IMG/VR virus record: IMGVR_UViG_3300037511_000230
Location: 1 to 41,544 of that record
Direction: 5' to 3' (one strand)
Origin: a virus
Lineage: Duplodnaviria > Caudoviricetes
DNA length: 41,544 nucleotides
Of the stretch, positions 17,950-27,500 are shown piece by piece (the first letter of the stretch is position 1; each line of letters starts with the position of its first letter). A program made the translations under genes and the position numbers. Under the pieces are notes generated by a model that had not been told where the DNA came from, made no database searches, and was given only the letters and a program-made list of their open reading frames with translations.

Positions 17950-19434
17950 TGGTGACTTCCTCGCTGTCGTCCCCGCCGCAGTCCTCGCAGAGGTACCCGC
18001 CTTCGCCGTCGGCCCGGATGCGGTCTCCTTCGTCGATGAAGCACCAGCACCCGGCGCACTCACCCTCGTACCGTGCGTCGAACCAGGGCCCGAAACCGCT
18101 GGGGTCGGCGTCGGGCTGCTCGTCCCGCCCTGCGGTCCGCTCTGCCCCGTTCGAGCCGAGGGCGAAAGGGTCGATGACGGCAACGGGCCGGGGCTGCTCG
18201 GCGAGGTGGCGCCTGTACCTCGGTCCCGCCGGGGGCGCGGTGTTCCGTTCAGATCCGTGCATGTGATCTCCTCGGTCAGGTTGGTGAGGGAGCCGGTCCG
18301 GCCAGCGTAGGGACCCGCACTGACAATGGTGGCGGTGACGGCCGTGGACGACTCGTGCTCGGCCAGCCGGTAGACCAGCTCGTTCAGCGGGGGCCGGGCC
18401 GTGTGCCGGACAAAGAGCACGCCCTCGTCCAGGTTGGACAGGATGTCCCGGGCCCGGCTGTGCGACCGCATGCGGGTGACGGCCTCGGGCTCCACCTCCC
18501 GGCAGTACTTGCAGGCCCAGACGATCCGCTCCTGGCCGTCGTCGTCCAGGTCGTCCCAGGCCACGTAATCGTGCCTGCACGGCTCGGGCTCCTCCGTGCC
18601 GCAGACGGGACAGAACGACCCGCTGTGGCCGTTGTCATCGTCCCCGTACTCGAACCCACTGGGGTGAGTGCAGCAGCCCGGGAGACGGCAGCCTCCGGCC
18701 TCACCGGGGTGGATCTCCGTGCCGAGGTCGGTCGTGACCGTGTGCGTGGGGTCGAACACGGTGGTGCTGCCCGACTGGACCCGGTCCATCCGGCTCCGGT
18801 AGTCCTCGGCCTGCTGCCCCGGCGATCGGGACTCCTCCAGGCCGTCCCGCAGGGCCTGCTCGTAGTCGGCGTCCTGCTCGCGCTGGATACGCTCGGCCTC
18901 GGCCCGGTGCGGGTCGGGCTGCCGGTCGTGCGGCAGGTCCACGTCCTGAACCGGCCGGGGGTCGAAGTCCCGATCCGGCTCGATACGGAGGTCTTCCGGA
19001 GCAGCGGCCGGAAGGATTTCGCCGCCGCGTACAGGCTTGGGCAGCGCCTGCGCCCACTGCTCCTCGGTCCACTCCGCCGTGTCCTGCCGGAAGCCCTCCG
19101 GTCCGACCGCGATCGGCCACGCGCTGCCGCCCTCGGCACAAGGCGTGCCCTGCGGGGTGAGGTGGCTGCGAGCGCGCCGGTTGGCGGTGAGCTGGACCTG
19201 GTGGCCGCAGCCCTCGGGCCCGCTCGGTACTCGGCACAGGAACCGGACGTCCCCGGCCGCCGGGGCCGCGCCCTGGGGCGGCTGACCAACGCCCTTGCAC
19301 TTCCGGCTGTCCGGCCCGGCCTGCTGCGCCGGGTCGTCGGTGAGGTGGTGCCGCACACCACCCTCGTCCGTGATCGCGCAGTTCTTCTTACCGCACACGG
19401 AGCAAGTGCCCCTCGGACGCTCAGCTCGTGCCAT
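16768..19434 (-). CDS. long form: multi-Zn-finger protein fused in frame to the exonuclease (888 aa)
   Basis: ATG at 19434 with GGGAGG RBS; several CxxC/H clusters; no stop before the exonuclease domain. Confidence 0.6.
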   Translation of the reverse strand: MARAERPRGTCSVCGKKNCAITDEGGVRHHLTDDPAQQAGPDSRKCKGVGQPPQGAAPAAGDVRFLCRVPSGPEGCGHQVQLTANRRARSHLTPQGTPCAEGGSAWPIAVGPEGFRQDTAEWTEEQWAQALPKPVRGGEILPAAAPEDLRIEPDRDFDPRPVQDVDLPHDRQPDPHRAEAERIQREQDADYEQALRDGLEESRSPGQQAEDYRSRMDRVQSGSTTVFDPTHTVTTDLGTEIHPGEAGGCRLPGCCTHPSGFEYGDDDNGHSGSFCPVCGTEEPEPCRHDYVAWDDLDDDGQERIVWACKYCREVEPEAVTRMRSHSRARDILSNLDEGVLFVRHTARPPLNELVYRLAEHESSTAVTATIVSAGPYAGRTGSLTNLTEEITCTDLNGTPRPRRDRGTGATSPSSPGPLPSSTLSPSARTGQSGPQGGTSSPTPTPAVSGPGSTHGTRVSAPGAGASSTKETASGPTAKAGTSARTAAGTTARKSPVPDAFSTPKQTASESDKYDRYGRYKMLHPVTGKPVNWTRATTFAKSIQDTFALSQWAQRMTLKGAALRPDIVAAVSTLDVKQDKDRVNTLVEDAKKAAGNKVAANLGTAVHSFTEDRDKALVGMPVQAKAIPDDLRPTVDAYELLLRDFGLEPVPGLIEFSTGVVQYEIAGTSDRCYRVTRDITFKINKRTVTLYSGEYVIGDVKTGADLSYGWMEICIQLAIYAQGLNTSGVWDWNTRTWGKPTLPDNPDVLLKVRTDVALVPHLPVDRKEGADLATLFAIDLDAGWAAAVLCEQVRATRKKGNLATPLTVADVEETPEPSNEPMQRAAARAREVITSRPVTLEDKARIVTTQEAASAVWKEAVAARTPKAEVDRLVQIMKDRLDSLVEKGA
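17942..18262 (-). CDS. nested small Zn-ribbon protein in an alternative frame (106 aa)
   Basis: GAGGAG RBS plus ATG; FDARYEGECAGC...IDEGDRI...YLCEDC; its stop overlaps the exonuclease start. Confidence 0.7.
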   Translation of the reverse strand: MHGSERNTAPPAGPRYRRHLAEQPRPVAVIDPFALGSNGAERTAGRDEQPDADPSGFGPWFDARYEGECAGCWCFIDEGDRIRADGEGGYLCEDCGGDDSEEVTSA

Positions 19435-19891
19435 GGTGGCCTCCCTGCTCCAGCAGCCGCTGGACAACCTCGTCGCGGTCGTAGTCCTTGTCGTCCTCGG
19501 TGTGCACCTCGTAGAGGTGGGTCCGGAGCGTGTTCTGGTCCAGGAGGAACCCGCAGACCTCTGGGTCCACGGGGCAGACACGGGCCTTGCCCTCGGGCTC
19601 GAAGGGGTTGACCGGCTCGGGGGCGGGCTCATCGCAGCGCCAGCAGCGGTCCGGCTGGTAGTCCTTGAACTCGTGTTCACACGTCAGGCGCCGGACCGTG
19701 TTCTCGGCAGCCTTCTCGATGTTCCCCAGGGCACGGCTGTCCAGCTCCGCCGTGTCATAGTCGTCCAGCCCGTCGGCCGCACGGGCCAGCACCCCGAGCG
19801 CGGCCACGATCTCCTCGCGCACGATGCGCCGGATGCGGGCCTCCTCGACCCGGCGGCGAGCCTCCCGGGCCTGTTCGTCATTCAGCCTCAT
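19421..19891 (-). CDS. hypothetical protein with Zn-finger-like motifs
   Basis: CEHEF..CWRC and C-x5-C...HLYEVH; RBS present. Confidence 0.7.
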   Translation of the reverse strand: MRLNDEQAREARRRVEEARIRRIVREEIVAALGVLARAADGLDDYDTAELDSRALGNIEKAAENTVRRLTCEHEFKDYQPDRCWRCDEPAPEPVNPFEPEGKARVCPVDPEVCGFLLDQNTLRTHLYEVHTEDDKDYDRDEVVQRLLEQGGHHGTS

Positions 19892-19933
19892 GTTCCCTCT
19901 TCCGTGGTCGTGTTGACCGGGACCTTACCCTGC

Positions 19934-21625
19934 TTAGCGGCGGACGAACCGGTCCACCTTCTTGCTCGCGAGCCCGATGCTGATCAGGTCGCCGACGTCC
20001 CCGGCGCGCGCGCCCTCGGGGACCGCCTGGCCGAGGTTACCGGCGTAGCGGATCTGTGCCTCGGAGGCGGGCTTGCGGCGCCAGCTGGCCTTCTTGCCGG
20101 TGTTGATGGCGGAGCGCTCATCGGCCTCCGACTCACCCCAGGCCATGGCCATGCCGAGGTCGAGGCAGGTGTGCAGCCGCTGCCACTTCTCCCGGCCCTC
20201 CGGCGCCCACACGACATCCCACAGGCCCTCGGTGTCCACGCACGGCCACAGCAGGATGAGCCCGTTGCCCCCCAGGGGGATGAACTGGACCCCGCCCTCG
20301 GTGCGCAGCCACTGGTACGCGGCCGACGCGCCGAACAGATCGAGATCCTTGTGCTTGAGCTCGAACCGGACCGACCCGGCGGGCGCCTTCTTCTCCTTGC
20401 GCTCCTCCTCGCGCTCGTACGCCTCGGTCAGGGACTCGCCGTCCTGCACGTCGGGTACCGCGTCCGGTTCCAGGTCGACCAGCGTGGCGATCTTCCCGCC
20501 GCCGTCCGACAGGATGAGCACCAGCGCGTCGGTCTTGCCGGTCACCCGGCTCGGGCGGAGCACCCGGCCGACCATCTGGATGAACAGCGACTGGTTCGAG
20601 GTCGGGCGGGCGATCACTGCACAGTCGGCGAACGGGAAGTCGGCCCCCTCGGTGAGCACCATGCAGTTGACGATCACCCGCAGCGTCCCCCGGCGGAACT
20701 GCTCGTACAGGTGCAGGCGCTCCTCCCGGGGCGTGGCGCCGGACACCACCCCCGAGGCGATGCCTCCGGCGGTCAGGTGCTTCTGCACCTCGTGAGCCAT
20801 CGACACGGTCGGTACGAACACCAGGATGGAGCGCCGGTCGGCCGCCTGTGCCGTGAGCACCTGACGGATGATCTCCGGAGCCCCTGCGGCCTCCATCGCC
20901 TCACCGAGCGACTTGGCCTGGTAATCGCCGCCGGTCCGCTTGACGGCGGAGAGGTCCAGGTCGGCCATCTCGATCTGCCGGGCTCGCACGTCGACCAGGT
21001 GGCCCTTGCTGATCATCCAGAGGATCGAGCGCTGGTAGACGACGTCCTCCCACACGCCCCCGAGGCCGCGCCCGTCACCCCGGGCGAGCGTGGCCGTGAA
21101 GCCGACCGCGAGCCGGTCGGTGCCGCCGTCGTAGCAGCCGAGGGCGGCCATCACGTTGCGATAGCTGTCCGCCACGGCGTGGTGGCACTCGTCCACGATC
21201 GTGAGCCCGACGGGCCCCGCGTACGACTGCGCGTCCAGCAGCTCCTGAGCGCGCTTCTCCCGCGCCAGCGTCTGGACCGAGCAGACCATCACGTCGGCGA
21301 AGAGGTCGTTGTCGGCCGCCTTGACCTTGCCGAGGCTGAGGTGCGGGGCGATGACGCGGAGCTTGGCGAGGGTCTGGTCGGCGAGCTCGTCCCGGTGCAC
21401 GAGAATGACCACGCGCCGGGGAGCCCGCGCGCCGCCGCCGACCGACGTACGCCAGTCCCTGAAGCGGTGCGCCAGATGGCTGAAGACGACGGTCTTCCCG
21501 GCCCCGGTCGGCAGCACGACCGCCGGGCGCTGCATGCCCTCGGTCCAGGACTTCATGATGGCCTGGATGGCCTCGTCCTGGTACGGCCGGGGGCGGAGCA
21601 TGTCCTTGGGTGCGGTGTCGATCAC
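19934..21625 (-). CDS. SF2 DEAD/DEAH-box helicase (Irc3/RadD-like)
   Basis: RPYQ, LPTGAGKT, DECHH, GFTAT, VLTEGADFP, QMVGRVLR. Confidence 0.92.
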   Translation of the reverse strand: MIDTAPKDMLRPRPYQDEAIQAIMKSWTEGMQRPAVVLPTGAGKTVVFSHLAHRFRDWRTSVGGGARAPRRVVILVHRDELADQTLAKLRVIAPHLSLGKVKAADNDLFADVMVCSVQTLAREKRAQELLDAQSYAGPVGLTIVDECHHAVADSYRNVMAALGCYDGGTDRLAVGFTATLARGDGRGLGGVWEDVVYQRSILWMISKGHLVDVRARQIEMADLDLSAVKRTGGDYQAKSLGEAMEAAGAPEIIRQVLTAQAADRRSILVFVPTVSMAHEVQKHLTAGGIASGVVSGATPREERLHLYEQFRRGTLRVIVNCMVLTEGADFPFADCAVIARPTSNQSLFIQMVGRVLRPSRVTGKTDALVLILSDGGGKIATLVDLEPDAVPDVQDGESLTEAYEREEERKEKKAPAGSVRFELKHKDLDLFGASAAYQWLRTEGGVQFIPLGGNGLILLWPCVDTEGLWDVVWAPEGREKWQRLHTCLDLGMAMAWGESEADERSAINTGKKASWRRKPASEAQIRYAGNLGQAVPEGARAGDVGDLISIGLASKKVDRFVRR

Positions 21626-22131
21626 TGTCCGGCTTCCTTTCGGTGCTGATCGGCCCGGGTACGGGCGAAGTTCTCGGCCATCGTCCCCGTCGCGACCGTG
21701 CGGGTGTACGGGCCGTTGGCCTCCCAGCCACACGAGCAGCGCGCCCACCACAGTCCGCCGGGCTCCTCGTCGGAGGGGGTGACGCCGTGCTCGGTGGTGT
21801 GCTCGGCGACGTCGGGGTCCTGGTCCAGCCAGTCCGGGTCGGGCGGGGGGCTGCCCGCGTCACAGGCGCGCAGGTGCTCGTTCAGCCGGTCGGCCAGGTA
21901 GCCGTTCCCGCAGCGGGGACAGTCGGCCTGGGGGAGCTGGGGGATCTCCACAGTCCGGGAGTGCTCCGGCGGAACGAGCAGGTGTGGGCGCCGGGGGTCC
22001 GGCGGAGGAACGAACCGGGGCGGCTGTACCGGGGCCCGGAACGCCTCCAGCAGCAGCACCCGGCACGTCGGACAGTCAGCCTCGGGGCCGTTGCGGACCT
22101 CGTTGTCCAGGCAGGTGTGTCGGGTGATCAC
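21622..22131 (-). CDS. hypothetical Zn-binding protein
   Basis: CPTC, CPRC..HLRAC and CSCGW motifs; GTGA coupling. Confidence 0.6.
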   Translation of the reverse strand: MITRHTCLDNEVRNGPEADCPTCRVLLLEAFRAPVQPPRFVPPPDPRRPHLLVPPEHSRTVEIPQLPQADCPRCGNGYLADRLNEHLRACDAGSPPPDPDWLDQDPDVAEHTTEHGVTPSDEEPGGLWWARCSCGWEANGPYTRTVATGTMAENFARTRADQHRKEAGQ

Positions 22132-22499
22132 GGCCGGGCTCCTTCCTTCAGCCGGTCCAGGATGTGCTCCGGCAGGGGCTCCAGGGCGCCCGGCCGGGGC
22201 TGGCCCTTCGGGAACCTCCAGCGCCACCGGTACGGGAACTCCAGGATGCCCAGCTCCATCAGGGCCACGGCACGGTGGTGTCCGTCGGTGAGGAACGGCC
22301 GGTGGTTGTGGTTGCGGACCTCGATCCACAACGGCTCCAGCACCCCGACTTCGGGGATGGACCGCATCAGCTCGTCCAGCTTCGCCCGGTCGTCGGGGTA
22401 ACGCTTGATCGCTGAGCAGGCTTCGGCCCAGTCGTCGTAGTCTCCGCAGTCGATGAACCCGTCATCCAGCAGGCTGACGGGCAGGGTCGGGTACCTCAC
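22128..22499 (-). CDS. ParB-like nuclease-domain protein
   Basis: LMRSIPEVGVLEPL...LTDGHHRAVAL. Confidence 0.75.
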   Translation of the reverse strand: MRYPTLPVSLLDDGFIDCGDYDDWAEACSAIKRYPDDRAKLDELMRSIPEVGVLEPLWIEVRNHNHRPFLTDGHHRAVALMELGILEFPYRWRWRFPKGQPRPGALEPLPEHILDRLKEGARP

Positions 22500-22735
22500 C
22501 CCCGCACCGCCCCCGGGTCGTAGCCGAGGATGGCCGGGTCGCCGTGGAGCGGGCAGTCGGCCCGGAGGCCCCCGGAGTTCTCCGGGCTGCCCGAGGCGCA
22601 CGAACAGCCATGGCTGGCCTCGGCCCGGTCATGCATGCGGTGCAGCGCCCGGGCGATACCGGGGTCCGTGTCGGCGATCTCGTCCGAACCGAGCACGTCC
22701 AGCCACCAGGCGTAGACGGAGTCCTCACCGGTCAC
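22496..22735 (-). CDS. hypothetical protein
   Basis: 79 aa, CSC...DCPLHG; overlaps neighbours. Confidence 0.6.
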   Translation of the reverse strand: MTGEDSVYAWWLDVLGSDEIADTDPGIARALHRMHDRAEASHGCSCASGSPENSGGLRADCPLHGDPAILGYDPGAVRG

Positions 22736-22913
22736 GGCGCACCTCCCGGGCTCCGCCCTGCTTCAGGACGGCCATGGCGCGCTCCTGCTGCTCCGGGGTG
22801 GCCTTGTTGAACTTGTGCTGGAACTTCCACAGGGCCCACAGCAGGCGGGGGAGGTCCCGCAGGGGGTAACCCTGCACACGGGTGACGAGCAGCAGGCTCC
22901 GGTTCTTCTTCAC
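22725..22913 (-). CDS. hypothetical protein
   Basis: GTGA-coupled small ORF. Confidence 0.5.
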   Translation of the reverse strand: MKKNRSLLLVTRVQGYPLRDLPRLLWALWKFQHKFNKATPEQQERAMAVLKQGGAREVRRDR

Positions 22914-23218
22914 GTCTCGCTCCACATCATGTTGATCAGTTCGGTCAGCAGGGCCAGGTAGGCCTGGCGCTCGGACGGGCCCATCGAGCCGACCAGCTCC
23001 TGTGCCTTGGCACGATCATTGCTGTGCGCGAGGGCCCACACGGCGTGAGTGAGGGCGTTGGCGGTGACCTTGGGGACGACGGTGGCCGGGGGCGAGACGG
23101 CCACCATGCGGGCCGTACAGATCTGGTGCCTCCACCAGCCGCCGATGACCTCGACCTCCTCGCCCTTCCGGATGTTCCCCTGGCAGGTGATGCACCGGGC
23201 GTTGTGGGTGGCCTTCAC
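22910..23218 (-). CDS. hypothetical protein with N-terminal Zn ribbon
   Basis: ARCITCQGNIRKGE...HQIC. Confidence 0.6.
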   Translation of the reverse strand: MKATHNARCITCQGNIRKGEEVEVIGGWWRHQICTARMVAVSPPATVVPKVTANALTHAVWALAHSNDRAKAQELVGSMGPSERQAYLALLTELINMMWSET

Positions 23219-23418
23219 ATCCGCCCCCTCGCCCGGCGCAGGCTCTTGCGGTGCGCCTCGGCCAGCTCGCTGACGGCGTAGAGGGTGTTGCGCAGGCGGG
23301 ACGCCTCGGACTCGTCCAGGCGGGCGAGGGCGGCCCGGATGTCCTGTTCCCCGCCGGTCAGCGACGCCTTGAGCACGTCGGTGTACTTCACGAGCGTCTG
23401 CTCCAGAGCCCTGCTCAT
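23215..23418 (-). CDS. hypothetical protein, first gene of the leftward arm
   Basis: GACCAAGGAAGGAGAG RBS before ATG 23418. Confidence 0.7.
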   Translation of the reverse strand: MSRALEQTLVKYTDVLKASLTGGEQDIRAALARLDESEASRLRNTLYAVSELAEAHRKSLRRARGRM

Positions 23419-23459
23419 GGGCTCTCCTTCCTTGGTCCGGTTGGTCTGTGCGGTGACTG

Positions 23460-23505
23460 TACCCCCTAAGGCGTACATTTACGCCCTCAGGGGTATGAAG
23501 GCGTA
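23460..23505. promoter_or_regulatory. divergent promoter/operator region
   Basis: Imperfect palindrome TACCCCCTAAGGCGTA-CATT-TACGCCCTCAGGGGTA (13/16 paired) plus a second direct AAGGCGTA; sits between the two arms. Confidence 0.65.
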
Positions 23506-23526
23506 ACGGTACTGAAAGGAGGGGCG

Positions 23527-23703
23527 ATGCCCCAGCACTACATCACGGTCAAGGAGGCGGCAGCCCGGCTGCGCGTCCATGACCGGACCGTGCGCGCTTA
23601 CCTGCGCGACCGCAAGCTGACCAAGTACACGACCCCGACCGGCCGCGTGCGGCTGGACGAAGCCGAGGTGGAACAGTTCGTGACCCTGAAGGCCAGCGCA
23701 TGA
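23527..23703 (+). CDS. excisionase/MerR-like HTH protein (58 aa)
   Basis: YITVKEAAARLRVHDRTVRAYLRDRKL...GRVRLDEAEV; AAGGAGG RBS; absent from the ORF track. Confidence 0.85.
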   Translation: MPQHYITVKEAAARLRVHDRTVRAYLRDRKLTKYTTPTGRVRLDEAEVEQFVTLKASA

Positions 23704-24005
23704 GGGAGTACCAGATCCGGATGACCGTCCGGACCAACGACCGGCCCGATGAGGCCGAGCGCGGCGAGCCCTACTACGACGACCAGGAGATGGCCGGGCA
23801 GATCCGGACCTGGTTCGACTCGGCGCTGTACGACCAGGACGACCACCCGGAGATCATCTGGACGGAGATCGTGCTGCGGGGGACGACGGAGAACCACGAG
23901 CACAGGTTCCGGCTGCCCGCCCGGGACGAGGACACGTGCCTCGCGTTCCCTGGGTGTGCGGTGACCTGGAGCCAGGAACGGGCACGAAGGGCGGCCGGGT
24001 CATGA
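23700..24005 (+). CDS. hypothetical protein
   Basis: ATGA coupling on both sides. Confidence 0.65.
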   Translation: MREYQIRMTVRTNDRPDEAERGEPYYDDQEMAGQIRTWFDSALYDQDDHPEIIWTEIVLRGTTENHEHRFRLPARDEDTCLAFPGCAVTWSQERARRAAGS

Positions 24006-24499
24006 GCACCGGCCGCATCCCGGCCATCGAGACCCGGGCGTACGGGTGCAGGTTCCGCAGCCGCCTGGAGGCCCGCTGGGCCGTGTTCCTGACCGAGGCG
24101 GGGTTCGACTGGGAGTACGAGCCCGAGGGCGCGGCGCTGGACGCCGGACGCTACCTGTGCGACTTCAGGGTCACGGGGCCGACGGGGGTCCAGGTCTGGC
24201 TGGAGGTGAAGCCTCCGGTCGACACGGTGGACGACCCGCGCTGGGCGGAGCTGGCGGCCCGGAGCGGCATGATGCTCTTCACCGTCCGGGGGATGCACCG
24301 CCGGGGAGACCGGTGTGACACTGCTCACTCGGCCCGGGTGTGGATGCCGGACGGGACGGTGGCCGACGTGCACCGGCTGTGGCAGGCGAAGGAGTACGAG
24401 AGGGCGTGGGACAGGGCCTCGGAGGCCCGGTTCGACGGCAAGGACGGGCTGAAGCACCCGGTGGGTCGGGGACCTCGGCGCCGGAGCCGCAGGAAGTAG
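24002..24499 (+). CDS. PD-(D/E)XK-type nuclease
   Basis: FRSRLEARWAVFL...WEYEPEG...YLCDF...WLEVKP. Confidence 0.75.
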   Translation: MSTGRIPAIETRAYGCRFRSRLEARWAVFLTEAGFDWEYEPEGAALDAGRYLCDFRVTGPTGVQVWLEVKPPVDTVDDPRWAELAARSGMMLFTVRGMHRRGDRCDTAHSARVWMPDGTVADVHRLWQAKEYERAWDRASEARFDGKDGLKHPVGRGPRRRSRRK

Positions 24500-24511
24500 G
24501 AGGAGCGAACC

Positions 24512-27500
24512 GTGACCACAGTGGACGACCCAGGGGTCCGTGCGCCCTCGGAGCTGATGCCCGGCCACCAGCGCGAGCTGGAGGAGAGCTGCATCTCGGC
24601 CGAGGTACAGGCGGCCCGCCGGTACGAGACCCTGTACGGAACGGATGAGGACCGGGCCCGGCTCAAGGAGCTGCGGGTGCCGAGGTGGGCCTGGCGGGAC
24701 GACATGGCCTTCCCGGCGCTGCTGCTGCCCATGTACCGGGTGAGCGGCGAGGAGATCGGGTTCCAGTTCAAGCCAGCCATCCCGCAGGAAGCCCCCGGCG
24801 GCAAGCGGCAGAAGTACGCCAGCCAGTCCGGCGTGCCCAACCGGCTGGACGTACCGCCGTCCGTGGCCGACGCAGTCCGTGATCCGAGCGAAGCTCTGTG
24901 GATCACGGAGGGGATCAAGAAGGCGGACTGCCTGGCGAGCTACGGGCGGCCGGTCGTCACGCTGACCGGCGTGTTCAACTGGCGCAGCAAGATGGGCACG
25001 CTCGGCGACTGGGAGGACATCCCGCTCCAGGGCCGGAACGTGGTGATCTGCTTCGACGCCGACGCGCGCGACAAGCGGAACGTCATGCTCGCGATGCAGC
25101 GGCTAGGGCGCTGGCTGGAGAGCAAGCAGGCCAAACCCCTGTACCTGATCGTGCCCGGCTCGGTGGAGGCGGCCGACGGCCGGACCGTCGAGACCAAGGG
25201 CGTGGACGACTACCTGCACGCGGGCGGCACCATGGACGGCCTGCGCAATGCGGCCATGGAGCAGCTTCCCCAGGACGGACAGGACGCCTCGTTCACGGAC
25301 AGGGTGCTGGCGGACACGGTGGTCTCCGAGGAGCTGGAGGGCCGGTTCAGGTGGGCCTCGGGACTCGGCTGGATGCAGTGGACCGGCAAGGTCTGGAAGG
25401 AGGCCACCGAGGTCACCGTGACCGAGGCGGTCAGCCGGTGGGCCCTGGAGCAGTACCACGACGCAGTCGACCGGCAGCACCGGGGCACCGGCCGTGACCT
25501 GTCGGCGGCGGTCGACGGCTGGCGCGGTGTGCTGAGCGCGAGCCGGGTGAGTGCCGTAGTCCGCCTCGCCAAGGGCACCCTGGAGTGCGACGCGGAAGCC
25601 TTCGACAGGGACCCGGACCTGCTCAACTGCCCGAACGGGATCGTCGACCTGCGGACGGGGGTGCTGACCCCGCACGACCCCGACATGCTGATGACGAAGA
25701 TCACGGGGGCGGACTTCGTCAAGAACGCGAGCCACCCGGACTGGGACAAGGCGCTGAGGGCCCTGCCGGACGAGGTGGTGGACTGGTTCCAGATCCGTGT
25801 CGGCCAGGCGGCCACCGGTCACATGACCTCGGACGGCAAGGTGCTCATCTGCCAGGGCGGCGGCGCCAACGGCAAGTCAACCGTGTACGACGGCATCGCC
25901 CTCGCGCTCGGCAAGTACCACGCACAGGTGAGCGACCGGGCCATGCTCGGCAACGCGAGCGACAACCACCCGACCGAGATCATGGACCTGATGGGCGCGC
26001 GGTACGCGGTGCTGGAGGAGACACCCGAGGCCCGGCGCCTGGACACCAACCGGCTCAAGAAGCTGGCCGACACCCGGGAGATCACCGGCAGGCGGATCCG
26101 GCAGGACCCGGTGACCTTCGAGGCGACGCACAGCCTGTTCATCAACAGCAACTACCGGCCGGTGGTGGACGAGACCGACCACGGCACCTGGAGGCGCCTG
26201 GCTCTGGTGTGCTGGCCGTTCACATTCCGGGACCACGCGGACGAGATCCGGGGCGAGAACGACCGGCTGGGGGACCCCACGCTGCGGGAGCGGGTGCAGC
26301 AGAACCCCCAGGCGCTTGAGGCTGCGCTCGCGTGGGTGGCGGCGGGGGCCCGGCGCTGGTACGAGCTGGAGCGGATCATGCCCCGGGTGCCGGACCGGGT
26401 GGAGGCCGACACCCTCGCGTGGCGCAAGGAGTCGGACCTGATCCTGGCGTTCGCCGACGAGCACCTGGAGTTCGACCCCGAGGCGTGCATCCAGGGGTCG
26501 GAACTGCGCTCCGTGTTCAACACGTGGATCAAGGACAAGGGCGGCCGGGAGTGGGGCGACAAGACGTTCATCGCCCGGTTCGGCGGTCACGATGTGTGTG
26601 CGCAGAACAGCGTGATCTACAAGGCCGTCTACAGCCCGAAGAAGCTGTCCTCACTCAGCGGGACGGGGGCGCACAAGGGCACCGTGAGGGCGTGGCTCGG
26701 GGTGGCGTGGAAGACGGACGACTCAGGGCCCGAGACAGGAGCAAACGAGGCCGACGGACCTGACAAAGATCCTTTCTCAAGTGCTCCGACCAGCAACATT
26801 ACACGTATTACACGTGCGCCTGGTACCGCTCTAGAGACTCCTCGCGTAAGGGGTAATGGGACGACGTGTAATAGCCGTAATGAGGAACAGTTGTACACCG
26901 AAAACGAGGCGCCCATGGATCAAGGAACCGACTACGGCGAGGACCCTTTCGCACCCGTGCAGGAGGCTCCCCCGGCTCCCGTCTCCCGGCCTGCGCTGCC
27001 CACCCTGGTGGGTTCGGTCGGGTGGGACATCGAGACCCCCTCAGCCAAGAAACTGTTCACGTTCCGTAGTCGGCCGGAGGCGTCCTTCGCCCGGCTGAAC
27101 GGACTCGTGGACGAGAACGGCCAGGAGGTGATCACCAACGACCCGGCGGAGCTGATCGAGCTGCTGGAGCGGGCGCCGGTGATCTACGGCCACAACATCT
27201 TCCGGTTCGACCTGATGGCGCTGGCCCTCCACCACGGGGCCGACTACGACCGGCTGGCCAAGAAGGCCTGGGACTCCTACGTGGACGAGGCCACCACCGA
27301 CCCGTCCGGCGGGCAGTACCTCGCCCCCTGGAACCAGGAGGGGTACTACGGGCTGGACAAGGCCCTGGAGCGCAGGGGCGAGCCCGGCAAGACCGACCAC
27401 CTCCCCGAGTTGGCGAAGGAGTACGCGGCCCCCGGCCTGGTCGGCAAGAAGGCTGCGGAGGACGGGTACGAGAAGATCCCGGTGGACAACGAGCGATACC

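Noticed and set aside
19295-21649. 784-aa plus-strand ORF, and many other long antisense ORFs (e.g. 27503-28981, 38933-40195, 37621-38715)
   Set aside because: They lie opposite genes with clear motifs. Stop-poor antisense frames are expected in ~70% GC DNA, and they show no recognisable motifs or RBS.
23527-23703. Xis-like gene as proof of integration
   Set aside because: No integrase or att site is visible in the window, and such HTH proteins are often plain regulators.
26700-26950. Intein or intron in the replicase
   Set aside because: No intein terminal motifs or homing endonuclease; the segment is a short low-complexity linker.
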